From: Lama glama
Taxonomy: Eukaryota
Assembly (NCBI GenBank): GCA_028534125.1
Contig: CM052832.1
Coordinates: forward strand, 21,640,001-21,704,000
Length of the DNA stretch: 64,000 nucleotides
Direction of reading: 5' to 3'
How positions within the stretch are numbered: the stretch's first letter is position 1; the number at the start of each line of letters is the position of its first letter. Below the pieces are notes generated by a model. The model searched no databases. It saw only the letters and a list, made by a program, of their open reading frames with translations, and was not told the DNA's origin. Shown here piece by piece: positions 25,701 to 38,794 of the stretch. The translations under genes and the position numbers were made by a program.

Positions 25701-28700
25701 AAATTGTACTGGTCTTATTACGATTCTATTACAAAGTCTGGGAAAAAGTTCCCAGTGTTTTCTGGTGCCTGGTTACCAGTAACCATTGTATCACTGTCAC
25801 TTGCCACATCACCCCTTGGTGGGTTCGTGTGCATTATGTTCAGTCTGAACTAATATTTTAGCTGTGGATACCCACAACTCAGAGGGCAAAACTAAGCAAG
25901 GTAGTTTCACGAGTAATCGAATTCACAAGCTGCTCCACCTAGAAGGTCAGAATTCATTAAAAAGGAATATGCCAGCATTATTATCTCAGTGATATCAACA
26001 GGAAAGCAAACACAGAGGGCAAGTATCTCTTATTTGCCACTATAGGGGCAAGATATTAGTCAACGTAAGTAGTAGCAAACATTAGTGTATCTGATTAACT
26101 CGATACTACCAACGGTCATATGGTGAGTATGAAATGGGAAAAAGTTAAGAGTAAAAATAGCAGGATTATGAAATGGTTTTAAAAAATGCAAGCTACACAG
26201 GAAGCATCATAAGGGTAGTAAAGGGAAGAGAGAACAGGGATGTAATGGAAGAAGCATCTTGAGGACCCTGTAGGTCATGAGCAAGAGCTCTTTATCCTAA
26301 GGGTAATCAAGAGGCATCACAGACTTAAAATGAGGTAATAAAAGCTTTTTTAATCTACTGTTTTATCTATTGTTTCTACCTCATATCCAAATTTAATAAG
26401 TATTACATAAGGTTATCATTTTGTTTCTTCAGTTGCAGGGTGTTTTCCCACCAAATAAACACGTTTGAGATATCTTTGTCAGCTATATCATCATTTAAAA
26501 TAAATCTCATATTGTTTTTAAGGCAGTGACAAGTTAAAAATAGGTTTGTAGACATTCCAATCAGATACTTGACTTGCCTGCCTGATAGGGATTAAGAATT
26601 CTCCCTCCCTTCCTTGTATTCATTACACCTTTATTCAGTATCTGCTATAACAAAGTGTCACACATAATGTCAGGCTCTCGATTAGAACTTAAACGTGCGT
26701 CCTGTATTAAGTGTAATATGCATCTTCTGTTCTTAGGAAGATTTAAGAAAACGTATTTTCAACAGATCTAACTTTCCTCATCACACGTTTAAATAATGAT
26801 AGAAACTCTGGTATTTTCCTTTAAATGATTTCCCCTTTAAACTGCTCAGTTTAAAAAAAAAGACTGGTAAAAGAGATGAAAAAAAATTCAAGAGTCAGGT
26901 GAAAGTGAAGAGAATAAAATGAAGAGGAAGGAGAGCAGCTCACTGAAGGCTCTGTAATTAAAGTTTGCAGGATGAAGCATCTTCCAGAAACACAAGAAGG
27001 CTGGCTCCTATCAATACAATTCTCCAGGACACTCACTCATAGCTTCCAAGTAGTTCTCAAGAGTGGCTTCCTTCTATTCCTACATTAAAACAACAACAAC
27101 AACAAAAAAAACAACCACCAACACCTGTCATTCACTGGTGTTACTTTTTCCCCTTGTTTTCATCTTTTCTCCTGTTTCCTTTTTTTCTTATTGATGATCT
27201 CTCTTTAGCACTTTAGATAAGTCAAGTAATTTCTGCAGAGTGGTCTAAGCTTAGCGAGAGGAAAATGGGGAAACAGCATGCACTGGTGGGTGAGGCTCCC
27301 TGGGGGGGCTCCCTTCCCGAATGTTCTTTTTCACACCTGGAAGCCAGGGGTGCTGTGGAGCTCAGGTACCTTTCCTGGTACAGAAGGGCGTGTTTGTGGA
27401 ACATTGCAGGCTCAAGGGTCTCCCAATAAGAGGAGGATGAGAAGAATCAACAAAGTGTGCAAATCCTGTCAAAGTGACCAAGGAAGACTCGAAAAGCTCC
27501 TGCTTCCAGATGTCTGGGTCTTTGATTCTTGCATACTTTTGCTCGTTTGTTTCATTTGGCTCTGTTTCCTCTGGACTGCTTTTTCCTTTGGTGTGGTCCA
27601 GGGGGACTGGATTACTCCCTGCTTATCAAGTGCAGAGAAATGGGTAGTTTTCTTTGGGACAAACCTCACCCTTGAGGCTCATTTACTTGGTCATCTGGTG
27701 TTGCCTCTTCTGGCCACAAGGTTAAGTTATCAAAGTTCAAGACTACAGTGGGCTCTACAGTTTATTTCACAAAGAAGCCTCTTTCTTTATCCATCATTTT
27801 ATGCACCCATTTACTGAGCGACTACTGGGTTGGGCAGTTGTGGAGACAGAAACGACTAGGTCCTTGCCTCGTGAAGATGACGATGTAGGAGGGAAGGCCA
27901 AGGTTACAGACGTCTTAAAGCAAGAATGTTAACAAGTTAATGCTATGACAATCAGAACTTGTTATCACTCTAACCACAATCTATGAACCAAACACCTGGT
28001 GCTTTTCCAAGTAAAGTGCATTTTCTGTTGATTTTTAGAAGTTCTTCTGGAGCATCTATTCATAAGTCAACAACTCGAGTACTGCATTGGGTACTGAGTA
28101 TTAGGGTTTGCAATAAAGGCGACATTAGGTTTTGCAATCTTGCAATTAATTTAAGTGCTGAATTTATTCTAAGATGAACTAGGTTACTCATCTCAGAGCC
28201 AATACATGATTTTTTCCCCCTTGTGTTTACTTCCCACCTTAACTTCTCGGACTCTAGCTACTCATGTTCCCTTGATCCTTGATGAGATTTTTTTAATCCA
28301 TAGAAACTGGCACGTTATCAGCTGTGTACTGGCAGGGCTTCCTTGTCTTCCTACCAACCACACATGAGCACATCTTCTGGGCTTCATGATGCGGGCCTCA
28401 CACTTACCACAAACATCCCAGGACTGCTACAGCTCTTAGCATACTTGATTTTTACAGAGAATCGTTTGCTTTTCCAACTGTTGAGTCAGAGGGTTATGTA
28501 AAAATTGACATGCTTGCAACTTATTTTTAAATAGCAAATCCTAATTGTCCCACATTGTCCAAAGCACCAAAGTTAACATATAAATCACATGCATCTGTGT
28601 AGGATCTGGCTGGGAAAATGTGAGTAACAAAATTGAAATTTCTAAATTTCTTCATTACAGATTTCTAATTAACGATCAGATTCCGATCAACTCTGTTTTC

Positions 28701-29770
28701 CTTCTAAAACACACTGTTGAGATTAGAGTGGCTTTTCAGCAACAACCTCAACAAGTATAAGCCTTCAGATCAACAGAAACAATCTTTTAAATCTTTGAGC
28801 ATTCATGCACAATTTATGCATTAAATTTCAGTCACTATACTTGCTTTTAGAATTTTGCAATGTTGTTTTTCTGCACAAACTAACTGCAAAGAACACAACT
28901 GGTTAAAAATATGTGACTTGTTTCCGTACTTGGCACATGACTTTTTAATGGCATTTATGAGATTTCTTATCCTTAACTATGAGCCTAATATTAAATAATA
29001 ATCTTATTTCTCAAATAACACTCATGGATCCTAGCATCCTTCCATTTTAATGGATGCTCCCTTGTCCATACTCTTTGCTCATATTTGTTGTGTCATTTGT
29101 CATCAAGTACCACAGTTACTTGCACACACGTCCATTTTTTTAGTTTAAAGATAAGCTACTTGAAGGGAGGCATCCTGATCCATGGAAGGTATAAAACTGA
29201 TGCCAGGGATTTCACATCATCATAACTCCTTTTTCATTGTGAGCACAAGACAATCAAGTGGAAGAACACTGAGCGCTCCGTCTCTTTGATTTCACTTCGC
29301 CCTTAACTATCCCCAGACAAAGGGATGAAATTTAAAACGTCCTTAAACTTTACAGCACAGTATCCTTATAGGTAGGGCTAATTTCAGATAATGCAACGCT
29401 CACAGTTGGTTGCGAAATCAACGCAACGTATTAGCAGTACTGGAACAGACAAGGGTTATAAACGGAGGAATTGGGGCCAATTTATGCAATGGAAAACTGA
29501 AGGGCTGCAAAGAAACAAAGAACTGTGACAAGATGGCAAATACTGGAAAACCTCGGCAACATTAATCAACAGTGAGGAAGTGAAAACAAGACGTGCAGAC
29601 TGACAAAGAAGGGGACTTGAAATTCTCTATCCATTCTTGGTCACGTGGGACCACACACACAAAATGTGACTGTGGTTTTAAATGAAGCACATGTGACGGT
29701 GCTGAGGCTGCCACACTGTCCGGATTGGTTCGTGTCTGTGTCGGCAGGGAAATGGGGTGCTTCTCCTTAC

Positions 29771-29937
29771 CTCCAGATGCTCTAAAATATAGGGTGGATT
29801 TGTCATGCCAAGCCTCAGCATTGCTCCCTCTGGAATCACTTCAACCAGCTTCCACAGTAGTGTGGGGAGACTGGTGCCAATATCTCTGCCATAAGCCCCT
29901 GTGTCTTCGCTGGTCAACCATATCTCACAAACGCCCT
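29771..29937 (-). CDS. CDKAL1: CDKAL1 internal coding exon (167 nt; probably orthologous to human exon 10), radical SAM core region
   Basis: Translates (phase 1 start) as (E)[55 protein letters not shown], which I recognise as CDKAL1. Acceptor ttatctcctttgattcacag|AG, donor GAG|gtaagg. Exon number is from memory. Confidence 0.97.
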
Positions 29938-32120
29938 CTGTGAATCAAAGGAGATAATTAACAAATCTGTTGCAGAGCTGTTGCCTTCATCACACAGCTG
30001 CTCACCCTTTCTAATGCAGTATTTCTCAACACTATTATGCAGGCAGCCTGGGTATTCAATTGCAGAGAAAAAGCAGCTTATCCCACAGTGACACTGGGTT
30101 ATTAAGTTCATTTTATGAACACCAGAGAGTAACAACAATGCTGTCAATTATCGGTGTGTCCTATGGAGTGATTAACATTCACAGCCAATCAGTTCCTCCA
30201 GAGCACTCTGATCAAGACTAAAGCTTTAGCCCGAGCACAGAGAATACCTATTTTATTGAACAGCATAAGCCCCAGAACTAAAAAAACAGTCACTCCACAG
30301 GAAAGGTACTATCAACAGTTAACTCACTCATCAGTCTGTCACTAACCCAAGGAAAAATGTCAAGTGTAGTTAAGCTTTAACTCACATATTATTAATTATA
30401 AGGTACCCATTTCTCCTGCAGTAACTATGCTCATTTGTTGTCTTTATTCAATTAGGAATAGACTGCACTGCATTGCTGCATTCAAAGGAGCTGGCTGCTG
30501 TATAAATGAAGTATTTGTGTTAGAAAACTTGTTTACTAAAAATAGGACACGTTGCACCCTATATTCCATCAATCAGACTTTAGGAAAATGGATATATGTT
30601 TTACTGTTATCGTTTTTATAAAGAATCCTGACTTCAAACAGTTCAGCCTGCAATAACAGTCTTTCAAAAACCGAAAAGAAATACTTCTGAATAACCTAGT
30701 ATTTAACATAAATAAAGCAGAGTTAGCAAGAGCCACCCAAGTTTTCATGGCATATAGAACTTTTCTGAGCGCATATTCAATTAAAGGATTAAAAAAAAGA
30801 ATTTTATAAGGGGAATAAAAAAAGGATTAGCCTATTTTAAACGGCCAAATGATTCACAAGGCCAAAACAAACAATGAATTGGGCCTGTGAAATTTGTTCG
30901 TCCTAACGTGATTTGTTGCTTCTGAAGAATCTCAGCACACACACACACAGACACACACGGCACACAAAGACGCCAGCCTGAACCAAAAGTGTAAGTTTCT
31001 AGGAAGAGTCCTAAAATTATAATTTTAAATTGGGTTTAGTTGACAGAACAGAAGAATTTCAAAAATACATTTAAATATTCCTAGCCAAGAGAGACAACAA
31101 ATAAAACACACGGCTTCCATGTGAACATGAACTTAAAACTTACAGAATAAAAAAGCAAAAAGGAAAGATCTTCACTCTCTTTAACATGTTCCACCGAGGT
31201 GGAAAAATTTATACTGAAGTTAAGATCTCCAATCAGTATGCTTTCCTTTAGAATAAGAGATATATTTATTTTATCAAAAAGACTAGCCAACCTCCATAGA
31301 AACGTGTTCACTTTTCCCCACATGACTATCTCTCTGAGACAAGCACATTCTCACTGACACCCATAATGACATGGAAAATACAAGAACAGAAATAAAATTT
31401 ACTTTTCCCTAATTAAAGAACAGGAGACATCAAAAAACAGCTCCGTTTTAAAAGCGATAATTTTAGTATGAAAATCAGTACTGTTATGAATAGATGGGTT
31501 TTCTTAATTTAAAGACATAGTTTCCAAAATTAATAAAGCTTTACTTAGTTTTAATCATTTATTAAAAAGTTTTAACCTCAAAATACATAACCCAGAATGT
31601 CCACAGCTGTTTCTGTAGCTTTGTAGTTTTATAAATATTTTCTATACTCGGAGTAAATACTTTTCTATTAAAAAATAGGTTGCAATTAGTGGTATCATCT
31701 GTATTTTAATATTACATATGCCATCATACACTGGACTCAGACAACCCCCTCTTTTTAAAAAATCTTATCACAAAATCCACTACAGGAAAAGAAATGGCTA
31801 AGTAACAACATAAATGGATTTTAAAACGCTCTGAAAGAGGTTATAAAAACAGGACATTATCCATGATTTTCCAGTTACTGGCATTTGAGCAACACAATAT
31901 GAATATTTTAAAATGAACAGAATAATTTTAATTTATAATTTTTCCATCCAAATGGTTCCACGTTACGCCTTATGTAGAGAGAGCAAGTTCCTGGAACAGT
32001 GCCTTGCTGCTGCTAGATGAATACAGGAGGGGAAAAACCGCTATGAATAGGAATGGAAATAACATAACATCCCTGCAGAAAACAGCAGCCAGCTCTTGAA
32101 GCTGCATAGGTGGGGACCAA

Positions 32121-32136
32121 TAGCCCCCTGGTGGGC
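32121..32136 (-). promoter_or_regulatory. Candidate CTCF site
   Basis: Minus strand reads GCCCACCAGGGGGCTA, matching the CCACCAGGGGGC core. Motif evidence only. Confidence 0.45.
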
Positions 32137-35089
32137 TGAAACTTCAAATTAAATCACATAAAGAGGAAGCAGCTGTGACACTAAATCAGCAACAACAGGA
32201 ATAACGGTCTTGACGTCTCCAAGATCAAGGCCACTAAAATGCTCTATCTAATAGCAGCCTGCTCTAAAACACAAGGAAATGAGAAAACTGGTGCAAAACG
32301 TGAAATCCCTGGACTTTGGGAGAACCGTGCCTTGTCAATTCAATCCAAAAATTTGTCAGAGATGATTCTGCTCTTAATGTGAGAAAGTTCAGGTTTTGTA
32401 AGGTTCTGTTTCAAGCACAGATTCTAATGAGAGCTGATCCCTCACGTGGTTAGGATACAGAGAGGCATTTCGTAGTAAAAGAGAAGCTCCATGTGGAATC
32501 CCCACGCCTGACATCCTTTTCTCTGGGAAGCACTGTGATTATTCATAGTGCAAGCCGTTCCCGTCAGGTCAGCTTGCAGATGAATTCACCAGGGAGCTGA
32601 AGGCTGCAGTCTGTAACCACAAGTGGATATTGGGACACACGCATGCCTCTGGCTGCACACTTAACTGGCTATACTTACGGGCAGAGTGCTTGCCCTAAGC
32701 ACCTTCACTCCAACAGGACTTCAGTTATGAGCTATGTTCCTTTGCACCTTCATTTCTTTCTTCGTCCATCAAACATTTATTACCTACTATGTGCCCTGCA
32801 GCTCTTCCAGTTCGTGACCGATATGTAATCATCATTCAACTTCTGTGACCTAAGACTGGCTATTACTCAGGAGCTGGCAAGAGGACACTGACAGACATCC
32901 TGGGAACTTCACACACATCCTTCTCAGGGGTGACTGATGGTGGAGGGGTGGGTCCTGGAGAACACAGCTTTAGAAACCAAAATGAAGGGTGGACTGGGCT
33001 GGCTTGAAGTGGATATGACGTCAACCCCAGTGAGATAGACTCAGTCTGCACATGGATTTTGATTAATACGTGTCAGAAAAACAAACACATGAAAATGAAA
33101 AGGAGAAGCAGGCAGGAAGAACTGAGATAAGAGGAGTGAATGCCCAGTGAAAACTCCCATGCCTGTAAAAATAAATATGTGCAAAAAAAGAAAGTGGTGG
33201 GTAGAAAAGTGGGAGACAGAAAGGAGCTTTTTTTAAGCATCCAAGGAGAAATCTTACCATTTCCTAAAACTTCATCTACCTGACTTTTGTTCATGTTGCT
33301 TGAATTATTCAGTCGGACTTTTTTACCGAGCATTAGGTTCATAAGATCACCTATCATTCTGCTGCTGTACTAATATTGGCATTTAAAAAAGCAGCAAATA
33401 CTAGGAAGAAATGAAATGCATCTTACAAGGGAAAATTCTTTAAAAAGTTTAGTTATTGGAGTCCATTTTCATTTTACTCAAGTAATTATAAATCAGCCTA
33501 TGGCTGAAATGCTATTTTTCTCTGAATGGAGAGCAACCTCAACAGCTGGATTCTGATCTCTGCTCCACAGTAATTTGAGATGGCAGAGGATGGAAAAAGT
33601 AGAAGACATAAAAGGTTAATAATAAAAGAAAGATAATATTCTCAGTAATATAAGTCTCATGACAAAAAAAAAATCCTTTCTGAAAAAACACACTTTGCCA
33701 AAACTCAATTTCAAAAGATTCTGACTCACTATAACTTTTCCTGTGTATGAGCTTCATTGTAACAAATTAAAATATGGGTGAAGATTGATTTCATCTGGTC
33801 AGAAGTGATAGCTCTCTACTAGCTTTTGTTTTATCATTGGGGAAAATTTCCACCATAATAAGTTGTTTCAATTATTCCATTATGAGTAGAGCCTCTAAAG
33901 ATACAGATTGTAAAAATATAAAAACTGTGAATAGTGATTAATGGGATCAATGGTTAAAACGCACCAGATGGCAAGAAAAGCCACATCAACTAGACATAAT
34001 AGAAAGAGATCACCTCAAGATCTGCTAACTCTTCCTCCCTCAGAAGATGTGCTCTCTCCCCGCTTCTGTCCTGTGCTCTCCATTACCAGCCCGGCCTTTC
34101 CCTTCCTTCGCCAATTCCATCCCCTAGTCTTTCTCCACCACCCACTCCAGCCTTCATCCTCCATTTCCTTCTATGGCCAATAAATAATATGAATTAAATA
34201 TACATTATTTGTTACGTTTATTTAATATCCATTACCTTCTCTGCTCTTAATTCCCCATTCTCTCTTTTAAGGGTCACAGAGTATAGTAACTCAATTTTCA
34301 CGCGTGCTTTCTTCTTAAAAAATAATCTCGGGCAATTCAGAAATGAATATGACCCTCTGCCTAAACACTAGAAAGGTCATGGAAATTTCTTCAACGGCAA
34401 CACTTACAATAATACACATAGTCCGGCTTCTACCTGTTTAGCTTATTCATTTAATAGTGAATTAGACAACAGAACTCTCCTTTGGTCCCTTCTGATCCTA
34501 TTATTGAACACCCAATGGTTTTACATTTTCCTTTTAGATAAAAAATGACTTAAATAACAGTTTTATTAAGGATAGCCCCACAGCAGATTAATCAAGGCTA
34601 TCTTTTAAAGAGCAACAATCACTGACAAATACCCAGGTAACAGGCCACCGTGGAAGACAATTATTTATTGGCTAATTCTTCAATTATATCATGTTTATAC
34701 TACTTTTTCAAACTTAAAAATAAGTTTATTTGTGACCTGAAGGTTTTTTTCCCTTTTCTTTTGAACAATGTTAAATTTAAAGAAAAGTTTCAAGAGGACT
34801 ACAGTGAATACCTGTACCTCTTTCACCTAGACCTATGAATGACATTTTGTCACACTGCTGAGCACTCTCCACATTCACAAATACATGTTTTTTTTTTTGA
34901 CTCATGTGAGAATTAGTTGCAAACATCATAGTACTTTACCCCTAAATATGCCAGCATATAGCTTCTGAAGTCGAGAACATTCTTCCTGACATTCTCACAA
35001 CACAACCACTCCCCCAGGCAAATCTGACACTGGACGACACAGTAGTCAGAACTCTGCTTTGGCATATGCTGCTCCCTCTAAGATCCTTC

Positions 35090-35365
35090 CACTCTTCTTT
35101 GCATAATGAATACCTCATCCAAGAAACTTTCTTGACCAACCAGACTAATTTAGATGTTCCTCTCCTGTGCTTCCAAGCATCTTGTGCAAAATTCTGTGCC
35201 ACAATGCCTCATAATTACTGGATTAATTGTGTGTCTCCCCTGATAGGATGCAAGCATCTCCCAGGTAGAGATGCAGAAACGTTACGAATACACTAGGCCT
35301 AGGATCTACTGTGGTGCACAGCACAGAGGAAGCACTCAATAAACTTGGTTCCATCAATCAATGTA
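35090..35365 (+). mobile_element. L2 3' end fragment
   Basis: gtgtctcccctgataggatgcaagcatctcccagg..cagcacagaggaagcactcaataaac. Confidence 0.6.
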
Positions 35366-36818
35366 GTTAATAAGATTGCGTTCGGTAAAAATGACCCATT
35401 ACATTTAATTCAGCTAACAATGGACTTGTTTCCACACATGTATATGTAAACGTGTCTGTATGTACATGCATGCGCACACACACACACAGTATACAGAGGA
35501 GTGTATTAGGTTCTGCGTTAGGCAATAAGGCAATAGCAACATGAATTTTCTTTGGACAATATGAAAATGCAGCTTGAATGCTGCAAAGTGTGTTGCGTAG
35601 TCTCTTCACTTCTAAGCAATTTTGCCTAATGTTCCCTAGTACCCTATAGTGGTGGTGGGATAATACAGCAAGCGAATATAAACCATCTTTTTATTTAAAG
35701 GACAGATTTTCCACTTGCACCTAAGTTCAGATGGATCAAGTATCCATAAAACAACGAAACTTTAAAATGATCTTTTTTAGTGCTTTAATAATAAGACTTA
35801 ACAGACAGTATTTCCAGAGCATCCAGACATCCGGGAGTACAGTCACACACAGGAAAACAGTTACTGGCAGAAACTGATGATGTTGCTGCTAAACAAAAAC
35901 AACCTGTGTAATTCATTTCTTTTGAAAGGTCATAATCAGATAAAATATTGTTTATTTCCATACTTCTACAAGAATTTGGAAATAATGGAAAGCTAAAAGC
36001 AAACCAAACACCACAAAAGGATGACCCGCTTTCTGCTAACAAGGCATCCGACTTCCCAGTCTCCAAAATCTACAATAAGCCTCAGTGAGGCAGATTCCGT
36101 TTATCCTCTTAATTCCAGTCTGCTCTGTTCCGTACGCAGGCTTTTTAAACACCCCTAGAGAGAATCCAGGCAGCCATGTCCATGAAAGGACCCGCTGGTG
36201 ATTCAGTAGGAGTGGGGAGAGACATTGTTTTGTCTTTAAAAAAAAAATCACAACAGGCTTAACTCCCAGCAGTCCAAACAGTACAGATATAAAAGGAAGG
36301 AGGAAGAGGAAAGAAGAAGATGACCAGATGCCTGCAACACAGTACCTGTTCTCAGAAAAGATTAATATGAGCTGATCATGGTGACAGAAAGAAATTTATC
36401 TAGATTTCAAGACAAACTCAAAGGGCTACAGAATAGTTTAGAGGGTAAAGGAAACTAAAGAAGCAAAAGATTTTGTGTTATTTTGGCTAGTGAACTCAAT
36501 TATAGAATGAAGAAAAAAATAGAACTTAAATTTAAATAGGCCAGAACATTTTTATGACTAACAGTTTCTGGTCCAAAAGGTATTTCTCAAAAGTGACCTC
36601 CACCAAATCTACAGTCAAATACGACCTGAAATCCTGTAGTTATAAGGAGGATATTCTGACTTTGAATATAAAACATATAAATTAATATTTCAAGTATTTA
36701 AACAACAAACACAGTTTTTGATTTTCTATTATATTCTTATGTTCAATGTCAAGGTGCATTGAGTACACAGTTTAAGTGTCTTCAGACAAATGTAACATTA
36801 TTCATTCATTGATTCTTT

Positions 36819-36960
36819 TTTAAAATTCTTAAAAAAAAATTTGGGGGGGCAAGATAATTAGATCTATTTATTTATTTATTTTTAATGGAGGTACTGGGGA
36901 TTGAATCCAGGACCTCATGCATGCTAAGCATGCACTTTACCACTGAGCTATACCCTCCCC
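36819..36960 (-). mobile_element. tRNA-Ala-derived SINE (Vic-1-like)
   Basis: Minus strand GGGGAGGGTATAGCTCAGTGGTAAAGTGCATGCTTAGCATGCATGAGGTCCTGGATTCAATCCCCAGTACCTCCA. Perfect 16-nt TSD cattcattgattcttt at 36803-36818 and 36961-36976. Confidence 0.93.
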
Positions 36961-36984
36961 CATTCATTGATTCTTTCGCTCTTT

Positions 36985-37059
36985 TCTTTTAATAAATTTT
37001 CTTTTTTATTGAAGTGTGGTTGATTTATAATGTTAGTTTCAGGTGTACAGCAAAGTGGT

Positions 37060-37109
<50 letters not shown>

Positions 37110-37196
37110 AATATATTTTCTTTTCAGATTCTTTTCCATTATGTTATTACAAGAAACTGCATATAGTTTCCTGTGCTCCACTGTAGGTCCTTGTTG
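36985..37196 (-). mobile_element. Short L1 3' end containing a (TA)n expansion
   Basis: tttattgaagtgtggttgatttataatgttagtttcaggtgtacagcaaagtg, similar to the copy at 20290-20595. Confidence 0.85.
37066..37106. repeat. (TA)n microsatellite
   Basis: About 20 perfect units. Confidence 0.95.
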
Positions 37197-37199
37197 TCA

Positions 37200-37660
37200 C
37201 TCATTCTTCTACCAGCAAGTATCTGTTGAGTATTATTATGTGCCAGACACAGTTCTATATCTCAGAGACAAGATCACTGTCCTCGTGAAATTTATTCAAG
37301 TGATAGACAATAAACTGAGAGATGAAGAATACACTGTCGAGTAAAAGTAAGTGCTAATAAAATGTATGAATGCAGAATAAAAGGAACATGTGATAAAGTG
37401 GTTAGGAAAGGACATTGCTATTGTTGATAAGGAATAGTCATGGAAGGTTCATGATGACCCGAGGCTGGAATGAACCAAGTAGTAAGCCATGAAGATCAGT
37501 GACCCAAAGGAAGAGCACTTGAAGCAGAGGGACTCTAAGTGCAAAGACCCAGCATGAGCATGTTTACAGTTCCTAAGGAACCACAAAGTGGTCAGTGTGG
37601 TTGGGGTAAAGTAGGTGAGGGATTTGTGGTGAAAAAGAACTGTAAAATGGGAGCCACTGG
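37200..37660 (-). mobile_element. L2 fragment
   Basis: cagcaagtatctgttgagtattattatgtgccagacacagttcta..aagcagagggactctaagtgcaaagacc. Confidence 0.7.
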
Positions 37661-37820
37661 TGACAGAAGTTGTGGCAAGAGGCTCAAGCCCACAGAGAAG
37701 GACTAAGGGAGCAAAAATTACACTTCAATAACCTATTAACTACAGTATGTGATGAATATCCAAGATGCGTATTATACCTGCCACTGAATGCTCTCAGTAA
37801 CTCCATGTTTTAAGATACTT

Positions 37821-37849
37821 TCATGCTCATGCTCATGCTCATGCTCATG
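37821..37849. repeat. (TCATGC)n hexamer repeat
   Basis: 4 full units plus TCATG. Confidence 0.9.
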
Positions 37850-38404
37850 AATATTCAAAGCAGTTTCAGGATTCTCAAATCTCTAGATTTGGCATATAAG
37901 AAATGGCAGGAAAGGGAAAAACAAGAAATACCACTGTCCAGTCTTTCTTCAAAAAATCGGTTTCTTTCCCTCTTTTTTTTTTGGAGAGGGGATTTATATA
38001 CCTGGCCAAAATGCATGAAACAAAACTCACATATTTAAATAGAAACAAATAAAAGGAACCCAAGACCAGTAACACATTTATGCTTTCTAGTTGGCAGCAC
38101 CTAGAGGGAACGGAAGTGTTGCCTTCTTTTCCTTCTTCCCACCCAACAAAGCCTCAGTACTGCTACAGGGGTCCAGTCCATCACTGGGCATCATTTACTC
38201 TGACGTCCAACAAACCAACATTTGCCACAAACTCAGAGTCTTCAAAGACGCTGAACCAAGGCTACAATTTCAAAGAGAAGGACAAATAAGAATAAGTAAA
38301 GAGAATCCTCTCTTGTGAGGCAGGAAAAGGAAAGGTAAAACAGGCTCGCCTTCAAGACTGTACCACCCATACTCCGAGTAACTATTATGAAAATAGAATA
38401 ATTT

Positions 38405-38536
38405 GGGGGGAGGGTACAGCTCAGTGGTAGAGTGCGTGCTTAGCATGCACGAGGTCCTGGGTTCAGTCCCCACCACTTCCATTTAAAAAATAATTAAGTA
38501 AATAAATCTAATTATCTCCCTCCTCTCTCAAAAAAA
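38405..38536 (+). mobile_element. tRNA-Ala-derived SINE (Vic-1-like)
   Basis: GGGGAGGGTACAGCTCAGTGGTAGAGTGCGTGCTTAGCATGCACGAGGTCCTGGGTTCAGTCCCC with an A tail. TSD aaaatagaataatt at 38390-38403 and 38537-38550. Confidence 0.93.
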
Positions 38537-38794
38537 AAAATAGAATAATTCACATCAGCTTTACTCTTTTTAACTATAACTGGCAACTTATCAAAAGATG
38601 GACGAGTTTAAAAAGTCTTGTAAGTATAAGTCTTGTGCCCTTTCCATGTATAATGCCACAGACATCAGAATATAGTTATGCTTTCTGGTGAGTAAAAAGT
38701 AAAAATCAGGGAAACAGGTAAGAGCAGTTTCCACATAAGGAAAGAGTACAGTATAATTCCAGGACAAAAATATACACAAAAGTTTAGAAGTTTT

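Larger units (their letters stand above)
3383..29770 (-). other. CDKAL1: CDKAL1 intron, about 26.4 kb as assembled, containing two N gaps
   Basis: GT..AG interval between the two in-frame exons. Confidence 0.9.

Noticed and set aside
27278..27817. 179-aa plus-strand ORF
   Set aside because: There is no recognisable family or domain, the composition is atypical, it is antisense within an intron, and no retrogene tail or TSD is visible
29678..29917. 79-aa ORF treated as a stand-alone gene
   Set aside because: It is the CDKAL1 exon read through its donor site. The tail after LEHLE is intronic.
33073..33357. Minus-strand ORF containing a gtaaga donor
   Set aside because: It shows no similarity to CDKAL1 protein, and I found no good matching acceptor
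38405..38481. Apparent tRNA-Ala(AGC) gene
   Set aside because: It has mismatched acceptor and T stems, a SINE-type tail and a 14-nt TSD, and related copies occur at 21015 and 36819. It is a SINE.
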